From NCBI GenBank assembly GCA_010015585.1, contig ML975152.1: DNA of 64,000 nt. One strand, given 5' to 3'. Origin of the DNA: Eremomyces bilateralis CBS 781.70 (lineage: Eukaryota). Every line of letters begins with the position of its first letter. Within the stretch, counting starts at the first letter, position 1. The notes below the pieces were generated by a model that was not told where the DNA came from, did no database searches, and saw nothing but the letters and a program-made list of their open reading frames with translations. A program made the translations under genes and the position numbers. Positions 35,070 through 45,975 of the stretch are shown in pieces.

Positions 35070-37746
35070 CCTCGGTCATTCCCCGGTATTTATGACGCAC
35101 TTAGATGCTACATGGGGCCATGAGCCAACGTTTCTTTCCTTCCCAACTCCCAGCCTATCGGCCAGGCAGCCACATCATTGCCGTATCCTTGTCGTCAGTG
35201 TACCAAATGCCAATCATCAGGTATTGTAATCATGTACCGTTCAGCTATATTGCAACACGACAGCATGGATATACTAGAGTAATGCCGAATACGAGCTGAA
35301 AAGATCCTGCGTCGGTGTGGTGCTATGTAATTGAGTATGGAAGACAAGTCACATTTTGTGCCTTAGGCTGCCACATGCAACATGCAATATCCCTGTCAAT
35401 CCAACCGACAAAGAAACAAAGTGCGACCGGGGCCCTGGAGTCAGGCCATTATGACGTCGTGCCATCCCCGATTCGTGGAATCTTCCTCGATGCCTTCAGC
35501 AGTCCAGCTTTCTTTCAACTTCAGTCTTTCAATGTTTTATCCTTCCTTAACAGTAGGTAATTCATTAAGGTAATTTATTGCTTCACACGCATGTTGGGCT
35601 GTGCCTAGTGTCTGAATTAGGTATTGGATCTCGTGATGAATAAATAATGGTTTTATACGCCCACCAGAACTCTCCCAGATACCTCCTAGACCACGTCTTG
35701 TCACCATGACACAACGCTGTAGCCTTCCGTTCTCTTGAGAATCAAAGATCCGGTACTGAGTACTCCATGTAAAGAGCGACGACCTCACCGCTGCAGGGAC
35801 TATCACATCATTTCCATTTTACCCTCGTCCAATGACCAATCCAACTAATCCCAACTTCCAGCCACCAGTTGCGGACCAGCATAATGTAGATCTCTCCCCG
35901 ATCCGAATGGCCACAGAAACCTGCATCATCGCACATGCCCAGTCCCATCTCGCAATTGCCGATCGCCGTCATCTCTACTGGTAATAAAAAAAACGCAGGG
36001 TCCAAAGTCCAAACCCTCCCACGCCCGCGCTTGCTTGGTTCCATCCAAGCAGCCTATTGGTGAACTCCCCATCCCACTATCCCATATTCCCGTTCACCCA
36101 ACCCGCCCCTCCGATCCGGTCGACCCGTGGAGCGTTGATCGGCTCGCCAAAACGTGCATCCTGCATGGCGCGCCCCGAGTTCCATGGCGGTCCAGAACGT
36201 TGTTAGTCCCGCGTCGGCAGGGGCGTGATTGGACCGGCCGATCCAGCATGCATGGTTCCCGTCATCCCGTAATTTGGGGCTGTTGGTGAAGGGTGCGCTG
36301 TGCGGCGTGGGAATGTTCCCCAGGTCGGCGGGTGGTCGTGCTCACGTCATGGTAGAACGAGGTCACGATGGGGCTTTTAATGCTAAGGGGGGACGTATCT
36401 ATTACAGGAAATTCTGTATACGGGATGCGCACGTGGTTATTCGGCGGATGGGGAGACTAGATCGGCTCCCCACGACATGCTTCTACCTTCCGGCGGGCTT
36501 CTGGCAGACGGTACTGGTAGTGAGGCTGGCTGGTCTCCTGTTTGCTCACCCGAGCATGAAACTACCCATCTGCCTCTCTCGCTATACGAGAAACGTTCTA
36601 GAAACACTCCCTCCCGTCATATCTCAAGCCCCGTCGTCTATCTGTAACCGATGAGCTCATGACCGCCATCAGACGTCGGTAGTTCAGGCAAGGTGGGCCT
36701 CCTCGGTATAAATGTAGCTCGATCCTATGGGATGTGGATGGAGGATCAATCCCTGTTCACGAACAAAACAGCAGATGTGGGAAAAGACCCTGGATTCTGG
36801 AACTTGGCTGATCTGAGGATCGAATCTTTGATCCATAGGTCCAGGCACCTCACCGTTTAAAAGCCGTCTTCTGCAGTTCCGTTGGGCTTGCCTTTGCTTC
36901 ACTTGCCACCGTCGCGGATCCCGTTAGCAGTCAGCATGTCTCTGTGTCAGAGTCAAGACCCTAAAGATCTTTGTCGTTCGCCGTTTCGGTGGATAGGCTT
37001 GGAATTTGGATATCGGGAGTTGCGCGGTCGGGATTATATCCGGTATATGGAACATTGGAGGCGATGGATTGCGGAGTCTGTGGTACTTACTATGTACTGG
37101 AGCGAGTTGGCTCAAGGGACTGGGGAGCTGTATGGATGCGGGATGAGGGTGATGTGGTGCTCTGAACGACTTTATACGGTGACGATGTTATATACTGTCC
37201 CGGTACTTTCATGCAACATTAGCTAGACAAGTGAAAGGGTTCCGTCTAGTCGTCGTTGGGATCATATCCACGCTGAAACGCAAACCCGCTGGTGGACAGG
37301 GCGTTCGGGTCTATATCACCATATTGCTATTTGCTAGAGCTACACCCGACACTACAAGAGTCCATGCACCATCAACATACTATGTAGGACTTATCTCCAT
37401 TTCTCTCCCTGATACACTAAGAGAGCGACGGCTGTAACTGTTTTTGAACCTCGAGTCCGTCTGTAGAGTCAGCAATGGAATCAAGAACGGTATCCAGGCC
37501 CCCAAAACTCCCTGGCCGTAGAGCCCCACTAACAGTTGCTAATCCCCATGTCGTCGGCCTCAAGCGCGGTTCGGTGCAAGCTGCCCGGATGCATCTCATC
37601 GTGAGAGTTGGTACTTATTACCCATACGCATATACTCGCCATTGGTGTGATCCGCCTTTCTGAAGAGATGGTTTAAAGCGTATCGGGGACCTTTTCTTTA
37701 CTACCTACTTCTCCCAGTCGCGCCCACAATCCTCCATCCTCCCACC

Positions 37747-38688
37747 ATGTCCATTGACGCCACCATAACCTCCATCCTCACGCACCTCACCCCCCACCTC
37801 TCCCGCCTCCAAACCCCCTCCTCAACCACCCCCTCACCCCCCCTCCTCATCGCTCTCACCGGCCTCCAAGGCTCCGGAAAATCCACCATCGCCACCCACC
37901 TCACCCACGCTCTGCGTACCACCCACAGTCTCCACGCCATCACCGTCTCCCTCGACGACTTCTACCTCCCGCACTCCGCCCTCGTCACCCTCCGCGAGCA
38001 AAATACCCTGTATTCTGTGCGCGGACAGCCGGGGACGCATGATGCGAAGCTGGCGGAGCGGTTTTTCGCAGAGGTGAGGACTGGGAAGGGGGTGCGAGTT
38101 CCGGAGTTTGATAAGAGTGCGTTTGGCGGGGAAGGGGATCGCGTGCCGGAGGGGGAATGGAGCGTGGTGGAGGGAAGGGTGGATGCGGTGGTGTTCGAGG
38201 GGTGGTGTGTTGGGTTTCGGGCGTTGGCGGAGGGGGAGGTGGAGGCGCGGTGGAGGACGGCGCGGGAGGCGAGAGGACATGATCACGGTCATGATCACGG
38301 GGGGAGTGCGGCGGATGGAATGAGGCCGGTCAACACGCTTGCGGATCACAGCTTGGAGGATCTACTGCAGGTGAACCGCTGCTTGGAACGCTATACGGAA
38401 ACGTTCATGGGGCCGAGGCGGTTGGATGTGTTGGTGCATTTGGATACGGAGCGGTTGGAGAACGTGTATACGTGGCGGGTGGAGCAGGAGGAGAAGTTGC
38501 GGGAGGCGAAGGGAAGGGGGATGGCGGAGGGAGAGGTGGTGGAGTTCGTGAGGAGGTATATGCCGGCGTATGAGTTGTATTTGGACGGGTTGAGGAAGGG
38601 GTTCTTTGAGGGGGTGGGACGGGGGAAGGTGCAGGTTCGGGTGCTGTTGGGGGTGGATAGGGGGGTGTTGGGAATGGAGAAATTCTAA
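37747..38688 (+). CDS. TDA10: P-loop kinase, Tda10/D-glycerate 3-kinase-like
   Basis: IALTGLQGSGKST, VSLDDFYL, RGQPGTHD, PEFDKSAFGGEGDR, VVFEGWCVGF, VYTWRVEQE, FVRRYMPAYELYL. Confidence 0.88.
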   Translation: MSIDATITSILTHLTPHLSRLQTPSSTTPSPPLLIALTGLQGSGKSTIATHLTHALRTTHSLHAITVSLDDFYLPHSALVTLREQNTLYSVRGQPGTHDAKLAERFFAEVRTGKGVRVPEFDKSAFGGEGDRVPEGEWSVVEGRVDAVVFEGWCVGFRALAEGEVEARWRTAREARGHDHGHDHGGSAADGMRPVNTLADHSLEDLLQVNRCLERYTETFMGPRRLDVLVHLDTERLENVYTWRVEQEEKLREAKGRGMAEGEVVEFVRRYMPAYELYLDGLRKGFFEGVGRGKVQVRVLLGVDRGVLGMEKF

Positions 38689-39222
38689 GATGGTTGGAGT
38701 CCATGGCGGGACCTTGGGTTCTCTGCATACTCCATAGCTCAACTTTGTCACCTCACATCCCTCATAACGGAACGCTCTGCGTCCCTGGAACCAAGCGAAC
38801 ATGGTCTCCCGAATCCCCGCCTATCAACTATTACATTATCCTCACTTTCACCACACCCCGCCCCCGTTTATCCCTACTCCACCCTCCCCTTCCCTCATGG
38901 AGGAGTAGAGGAGAAGTAGAGGAGAAGAGTTGGATGCGAAATGAACCTGAACAGGCCATTGGACAATCCCACAACGGTGATGGGTCAATGAAAGAAAACT
39001 CTAACGCGAAAGCTCCAGACAGTGGCTTCGATCGGATTCGGTGTAGCCTGCAGTGAGATATTATAGCCTTAATCGACGCCATAAGTCAAGGAGAGGCGGG
39101 AGAAAGACTACTGTATTACGGAACAAAACAATATAGAGCGAAGTGTTCAAAATAATGGCTAAGCAAACCATTTGTGAAGATGTTGTGCCCAATTCCTGGC
39201 GACCTGTTGAAGGCGACGCGTT

Positions 39223-39694
39223 CCTCCGGGGGGGATAAAATTGAGTGGCATTTCTTGGCATTCGATCTACTCCAACTCTCTGTACAATCTTCTATCATCG
39301 ATTGAAGCACCTAGCGCAATCCCCCGATCTCAACCTAATTGAGGCATTTTGGGGTTTCATTAAACAGCGCATAAAATGCAGGTTATGGGAGTCATTGGAC
39401 GAGCTCAAACAGATCTTGATTGAGGAGTGGGAAAAGATCACGATGGAGGAGATTCGGGCGCGAATGGCAGAGATGCCGCTGCGCTGCCAGATGCTCGTTG
39501 AGCGCGGCGGAGAGTTCATCAAAACAGATCTATGGTAATTGGCTAATTAAGGAATATATACTAATTTCAATATTATGCTGTTTTTGAGCGAATTGGACTG
39601 CATGCAAGGTGCCTATACAGACTGTCTTTGGTGGAGGGTGGTGATGTGTAGAAAACTGCCAAGAAACGCGATTCAATTTTATCCACCCCGGAGG
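39223..39694 (+). mobile_element. Internally deleted Tc1-like DNA transposon (element A, 472 bp) retaining the transposase C-terminus
   Basis: 38-bp TIRs at 39223-39260 and 39657-39694 (34/38 identical). Internal frame reads LAQSPDLNLIEAFWGFIKQRI...SLDELKQILIEEWEKI...RCQMLVERGGEFIKTDLW, matching the Tc1 SPDLNPIE-W motif. No ATG or N-terminus. Confidence 0.88.
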
Positions 39695-39697
39695 GAC

Positions 39698-39934
39698 CCT
39701 CCGGGGGGGAAGAAATTGAGTTACGTTTCTTGGCATTCCCCAACCATCACCACCATCACAGGCAGGCCCAATTCGCTCAAAAACAGCATAATATCAAAAG
39801 TATACTCTTTTCCTAACTAAGCAACTACTAGAGGTCTGTTTTGGTGAATTCTCCGCCGCGTTCTGGTTAAGGTCGTGGGAGTTGTGGTTGGGGGAATGCC
39901 AAGAAACGTAACTCAATTTCGTCCCCACCGGAGG
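39698..39934 (-). mobile_element. MITE (element B, 237 bp), inverted shorter relative of element A
   Basis: 44-bp TIRs at 39698-39741 and 39891-39934 (42/44 identical). The interior is the reverse complement of the 3' part of element A, including the last transposase codons GGEFTKTDL*. Confidence 0.88.
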
Positions 39935-40544
39935 GTCCCAGTCCTTCTACCTCAGGCTCCAAGGCACAAGTAGCACTCGGAGGCTCCCTCCGTTTTTGTG
40001 CTCAATTCTGTTGCCTGAAAGCCATTTCATCTTTAGTAACACTCCGCCAACAACGCCAATTCCCGAAAAAGCACATAGAACTTCAGATGGCTGGTAAAGG
40101 TGCATTTACTCTTTGGCTGAGAGATCCAGGAGGCTGGAACATCCCAGAGTGCGAGGATTGTCCAGTTTGGTGGCGTTGCTGAATGGAATGCTAAGAAGTT
40201 CACATCCTGACATCCTCCAGGCTCCAACTGAGAAACCTGTGAGGCGCAGCCCAATTGCTCCGTCTACCATGCCTCCTTTCAGATGCTTTGAGTATTTAAA
40301 CTCTCTTGGAGTTGGCCGAATGCCCTAGAGTTCTCATTCTCTCCATGTTTGCATGCTCCTGAACTTCAAAGTACCATAGTTGTTTGCTCGCCTTTCGTGT
40401 CCTTTAACACGCAGTTGACCGGCCGTTACCTTGAGCGTTTCCCGCGTTGGTGTAACATATGAATCCCAGCAAACCCCCATATCTGTTTTCCTACTCCAAG
40501 TCTTGAAATCCCCGACCCATTCTCTGTGTTCTGAGGAATTCAAC

Positions 40545-42917
40545 ATGGCGAACGAATTCCCCAAGCAGGAGATCAATATCAAAGATCTGCCCACCAAGGC
40601 AGTCACCCTCTACCCCTCTCGAGCTCACGTTGTTCGAGACATCAACGACCTGGTCCTCAAACCCGGACCGAACGAAATCGAGTTCTATGGTCTGACCCCC
40701 ACGGCCGATGAGCACTCTATCCAGATCGATGGACGTGGCTCGGCCACCATTGTTGACATGACGGTTGAATTGGTGCCGAATCGCGAAATCTTCGAAGAAG
40801 TCTACCCCGAGGAAGATGCTTCTGATGAGGAGGACAATTTCTACGAGTATGCTGACAGCGATGACGAACCTGAGGAAGTTCGTGCCATTGCTGCAGAAAT
40901 CAAGACCGTCCAATCCCTTATCAAGGATAAGACGGAGGTCCAGATTTCAGCTACTCATCGGCTAGATGCTCTAGACGCGTACATTAAAAGAGTAAATCCC
41001 AGAGACCAATCGCCGGAGGCAATCAGTACTACCATGCAAATGTATTCCGCAGAACGTGCATCCGTGTACGTGTCTCGCGAGAGGGCGTCGGACGAACTTA
41101 CAACACTCCACAAACAGCTTGCTCGCAAGGAGAACGAAAAGTCCAAGGCCGGCAAAGCCGAGCGGAAGCGAAAGAAAAAGGTTGAGAACGAGAAACGGAA
41201 GGAGCAGGACCTGCTGTTTAGGAAGCGGGTCGAGAAGCGCAAGGAAGCGGCACGCATCAAGGAGGAGAGACTCAAGTTTTGGCCGAAGAGCGTTTATCGT
41301 GTCGTCGTGACGCTGGAGACTTCTATCGACACGCCAAATTCCAGCCGCCGGAACTCTTTTGACTCCGTCACCATCGCGCAAGGCCAGATCCCTGAGTCGG
41401 TCGGGAAATCCAATGACAAGACGATTTACTCGTCCAGCAAAGACTCCATGGTCTCTTTGTCCCTGTCTTATGTCACCCATGAGGCAAGCTGGTCCCCAGT
41501 ATACGACATCTCCATTTCTTCCGTTACTAAGTCTGCGACTATTGTCTACCGTGCCGAGTTTGCTAATTGCAGCTCTGAAACCTGGAAGGATGCCAAGGTC
41601 GTCCTGTCCACCTCTCAGACTTCATATCAGGGTCTTAGCGACAAAGTTCCCCACATGCACCCATGGCGAGTTCGCATCGGCAAAGGTTACGCGGACCCCA
41701 ACAGCGGGCTTCTCAGTTTGGCGGAACGGAACAGGCTCAATAATGCCAATACCTCCATTGCGAAAACTCTCAATCGCAGCGAACTGTTTGGTAGAGATGG
41801 CGGCTCGATGCGCAACGTCAAGAATAAGAGGCTTATTCTGATGGATCAGACACAAGAATGGTCCAAACAAACTGTCCCGGCTTACCAGACCCAGGCGGCC
41901 TCTCAGCTGCCTTTGAGTTCCAGAGGGGGCTTTGGCAATACGGGTGGCCTGGATGGCTTTCGTAACGTTGAGGAAGCTAGCGACGGCTTTCAGCGTAGTA
42001 GGCAGACACCGGTACAACCAGGCGCAGTACACTCTGGCATTGAACGGGTCCTGGCACGCGGCGAACACCTCAATTCAGCCCCATCGGCATTCAATGCGCG
42101 TGGAATTGACCGGTGCATAGCCGTCGGCAGCGACAACGGTCCATCCATCGAGTTCGAAGAATCCAACTGGGCCGACCACGGCCTCACCGCCACCTACGAC
42201 ATGCCCGGAACCCGCACCCTCGCGCCCAGCAGCGTCATGCGGCGCCACAAGATCGCCTCACTCATCTCGCCGCACATCGTGCTCTCCCATATCGCCGTCC
42301 CGAAGCTGCGCGCCGCCGCGTTCCTCCGCGCGAAGCTCAAGAACCCGAGCCAGACGGTCACGTTGCTGCGCGGCACCGCGGGCATCACGCTCGACGGGAC
42401 GTTCCTCGGGAACATGTCGCTGCCGCGGGTGGCGGCAGGGCAGACGTTTGAGCTGCCACTGGGGGTGGACCCCGGGGTGCAGGTGAACTATCCAAAGCCG
42501 ACGGTGCGGCGGGCGACGCAGGGGATCTTCTCGAAGGAGAGCAGCGAGACTTTCGTTCGCAGCATCTGGGTCACGAACACGAAGGCGATACCGATCAATC
42601 TGTTGGTGTTAGATCAGGTGCCAGTGAGCGAGGATGAGAAGCTGCGGATTGAGGTGTTGACTCCGAGGGAACTGGGCAGGGAGGGCGATTCGGTGAGGAC
42701 TGGTTGGTCAGCGAAAGAGGGAGTGGCGGGAGGGAGTGGGAGCGCCTCAGGTGGGACAGTTAAGGGCGGCGAGGAGAAATGGGGAAAAGCCGTGGCGTCG
42801 GTCAAGAAGGAGGGCGAGGTCTCTTGGGCGGTGGACTTGGAGAAGGGACTGGCGTGTCTGCTGAAGTTGGAATATGAGGCCCGATTGCCTAGCAACGAGA
42901 GGATTGTATCTGCGTAA
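40545..42917 (+). CDS. DUF4140/DUF4139 protein (mucoidy inhibitor A-like)
   Basis: VTLYPSRAHVVR N-terminus, coiled coil, LSLSYVTHEASWSPVYDI, ANCSSETWKDAKVVLSTS, LDGTFLG, LPLGVDPGVQV, VLDQVPVSEDEKLRIEV. Confidence 0.88.
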   Translation: MANEFPKQEINIKDLPTKAVTLYPSRAHVVRDINDLVLKPGPNEIEFYGLTPTADEHSIQIDGRGSATIVDMTVELVPNREIFEEVYPEEDASDEEDNFYEYADSDDEPEEVRAIAAEIKTVQSLIKDKTEVQISATHRLDALDAYIKRVNPRDQSPEAISTTMQMYSAERASVYVSRERASDELTTLHKQLARKENEKSKAGKAERKRKKKVENEKRKEQDLLFRKRVEKRKEAARIKEERLKFWPKSVYRVVVTLETSIDTPNSSRRNSFDSVTIAQGQIPESVGKSNDKTIYSSSKDSMVSLSLSYVTHEASWSPVYDISISSVTKSATIVYRAEFANCSSETWKDAKVVLSTSQTSYQGLSDKVPHMHPWRVRIGKGYADPNSGLLSLAERNRLNNANTSIAKTLNRSELFGRDGGSMRNVKNKRLILMDQTQEWSKQTVPAYQTQAASQLPLSSRGGFGNTGGLDGFRNVEEASDGFQRSRQTPVQPGAVHSGIERVLARGEHLNSAPSAFNARGIDRCIAVGSDNGPSIEFEESNWADHGLTATYDMPGTRTLAPSSVMRRHKIASLISPHIVLSHIAVPKLRAAAFLRAKLKNPSQTVTLLRGTAGITLDGTFLGNMSLPRVAAGQTFELPLGVDPGVQVNYPKPTVRRATQGIFSKESSETFVRSIWVTNTKAIPINLLVLDQVPVSEDEKLRIEVLTPRELGREGDSVRTGWSAKEGVAGGSGSASGGTVKGGEEKWGKAVASVKKEGEVSWAVDLEKGLACLLKLEYEARLPSNERIVSA

Positions 42918-43292
42918 GCTGGACATTGAAGAGATCAAGCCGGCGATTAGAACTTATTCACATTGGTGCGTGTCGGTAGATATGATGATCACTTGGAATT
43001 ATGGCAAGAGGATCTGATAGGGGATGTTCCGGAAAACATGCTACAAACATGATACTCGTTCCTACTTTGAGGATCATTTCCCTCCCTTTGAAATCCCCAC
43101 AAAAACAGCATATGAGATGCAAGTACAACTTTAACAATGGTAGTCGTCAGCATAGATACCCTGAGTTAACCGCTCCGCTTGAAGAGCAAACAACCAATTT
43201 GTCAGGTATAATGTATCAAAATCGATCCCTTGGTTTTTCAGCCGTCATGTCGTGACATCGTAGACACCATTCATATCGTGAGATCCAGCTCC

Positions 43293-45381
43293 TCAACTCG
43301 TGCGAATACCATGAAACGTTTCATAAAAACTCCTCGCATCTGCCCCCATTGTCAGCAGTCGGCGCAAATATATGAGATATCCGAGAAACATACCTCTCGT
43401 CTCGGTGAATGTCAGAATGTACCGCCCGGACTGACTTCTCGGTAGCTCATACCCATCGCAGAACATGTAGGGTCGCAAATCTAGAAGCTTCACGACGTTC
43501 CCGTGCAGCTCCATCCACGTGCGCGATCCGATAAACTGGGTCACAAACGCCGTCCAGATCGGCTTTCCGGCGAACTTTCCGCGCAGAGGAGAGGCTTCCA
43601 GCCGCACTGAGTTGGTGGAGAGGTCGCGGTAGATTCGGAGAACATGGAGGAAAGTACGGGAAGTGATCATCCTTTGGGATTGGTTAGCGAACGGAATGGA
43701 TTGACCAGTCTGAGTGCCGTTGAACATACCCGGTGAACTCGACAGACTCGTAGTCTAGCGGGGAGATGTAATCGTCCAGTCCATGAGCGACGACGCTTGA
43801 GTCCTGACTCTTCATGGCTGAAAAGACACTGGCGAAGAGGACGAGCTCTGAGTAACCAATCAGCATTGCATCCCAGTCGAAGAAGAAATAGCAAAATACC
43901 TTCCGAAGTTGAGAAGCTCAGACTCGCCCAGAGTTCTGGCCGTAGGTACTCTCGATTGATCCGATGGAGCTCCACATACGAGCGCTTCCGAACGCATTTG
44001 AGTCCGGTTATCGGCATGCTGCACAGCATATCGAACCGTTGCTGATCCGACCCCGTAACCAGCACCTTCGCGCGTTGATCCGCATCCCGCAAATATAACC
44101 GAACCAGAAGGGCCCCATTCGAAAACGGAACCCGCGCGACCTCCTGATAGCGATTATGTCGTAGGTTCTCCGACGCCGTCGCATCATCTCGGCCAAGGCA
44201 CTTGGTTCGGGGTCCGCGGACGCGGAAGACGCTGCGCGGGGGTTGCGCCTCGAATATCTTGGTGGCCCAGTGGCGCGAGTGGGGTGCTGGGGCTGCGAAC
44301 GGGGTGGTTGGCCGCGGGGAGTTAGACATCATGGGGAAGAACTCGTCGCCTACGCTGGGTCCGGAGGTGGTGGAGATAGGGGAGATGGGGGAGGGAAAAT
44401 CGCCGGGAAAGGCACCGGGCATTCCATGGGCTGGGTGAGGTGGTGGTGGTGGGACTTGATGGTTTATTAGTGGTGTCCCGAAAATGCGATAGGGTCCCGA
44501 TATCTATCGGTTCATACCTTCGTTATCAATCCTCAAGGGGTTGAACGGCTCCCCTACCGGCGTTTGAGCGTGGAGTAAACCGGTTAGACGAACTCGGATA
44601 TCTGCCATCTCGGCTATATTGATTATTCTCCTATCTGGATGTCAGTAACTGGTCAGGGGACAGTACGTCTCGAATAATCAAAACGTAGCCCATGTCACCC
44701 AAAAGATTGCAATCTTACTCAGCATGGCGCAGACAAAAAGCCAAAGGGATATGATAGGATTACCCGAACGATGAAGTGAGACATGCAGGAGATTTAATTC
44801 CTAGGACTTATGTATGATCGTCGTATCGCTACACCTGCCAACGCGATCCCTCCTGTTTCCAAATGTATGAGGGAATTTTTAAGGAATTGAGGATGCACAA
44901 ATGCTACAATGGCACTGAAAAGACTGGCTGTCTACGAGAATGCAGGAATCTCTTACCTTCGAATTGCTTCAATGATGTTACTCAAGAAGGTGATATACAT
45001 TCGGAGCCTTGAATGGACCGCACACCCTTCATCTCGCATCTTCAACGACATCAGGTTCCATGCAGCTGCATACGACGGCCTCCCGAAGGCCGTGGGCCTG
45101 GAGTCGCGCATCATCTTCCTAAACGCTACGAGTGTGTAATACTGGCCTCTTGTGAATATGTTCAGATCCATTGCGAGTGTCGGGGAAGTTCTCGCGTTCG
45201 GAGAGGTCGCAATGGCACCTTCAACGGCGTAGAGCAAGTCGCCGATCTGCTTCAACAGCCCAAGGACGTCGCCAATATCGGCCCGATATTGTGGAATTTC
45301 ATCGTAGAAGATATGCAGAGCGGCGGCAACGTCCACGACATTGCTGGCCTGCGTCAAGAGATACGGTAGAATCGAGTCCAT
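43293..45381 (-). CDS. Conserved fungal hypothetical protein; introns 44631-44956, 44455-44517, 43848-43899, 43672-43729, 43340-43393
   Basis: Four ORF-track fragments plus a small exon (44518-44630) join in one frame through GT-AG introns. Helical N-domain, Pro-rich linker, HWATKIF, ELVLFASVFSAMKSQD, LHVLRIYRD...VRLEAS...PIWTAFVT. The first intron is unusually long, so linkage of exon 1 is less certain. Confidence 0.72.
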
Positions 45382-45975
45382 GGGTCCGGATGGACATTGT
45401 CAAGCGAAGCGTTGCCAATGGCACAATTGAGCGCGCTAAAGAATTGGGAAGATCGGATAACATGATCTGGTGGAGGAAGTGGAGTCTGATATTTGGGGGG
45501 AGAGAGGGATGACCGTGATAGGTGCGGCTCTGTCGTGGAGCCAATTGACGTGGCATGCATGGGAGCTCCAATCAACCGAGGACGGCTTCATGCATGCATA
45601 TACATTATTCCGAATTGAGCTGACCGGAATTTGGATGCTTAATGACTGTTGTAAGTTGTTTAGGGCTGATTATACTCGAAAAATTTAATGGAAACAACAT
45701 TGTTGACGAAACTTTTGTCGATCCAGACAGGGGTGATATTCGTCCACTCACCACTGGAGCTCAATGAAATGTGTAGCGAACCGTAAATACGAGCAGCTAA
45801 TCACTAATGGTTCCGTTGTTCTACGGGATTGTAGTATGGGACTCTTGATGACCTCAGAACATGAGATCTTCGTTAATTGGTAATTGTGTAAGGGTATTTC
45901 TGACAGTGACAAGCGCATGCCTTATGCGTCGTTTCAGATGGAGACGATAGCGGTCAACCCTATGGACGTTATGAC

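Noticed and set aside
38275..38303. His-rich insert GHDHGHDHGG in the Tda10-like kinase
   Set aside because: Arises from a 12-bp tandem duplication in a variable loop; too short to argue for metal binding.
39223..39934. Repeated ~40-bp units that could be mistaken for a CRISPR array
   Set aside because: The copies alternate in orientation and enclose transposase sequence, so they are TIRs. The DNA is eukaryotic and no cas genes are present.
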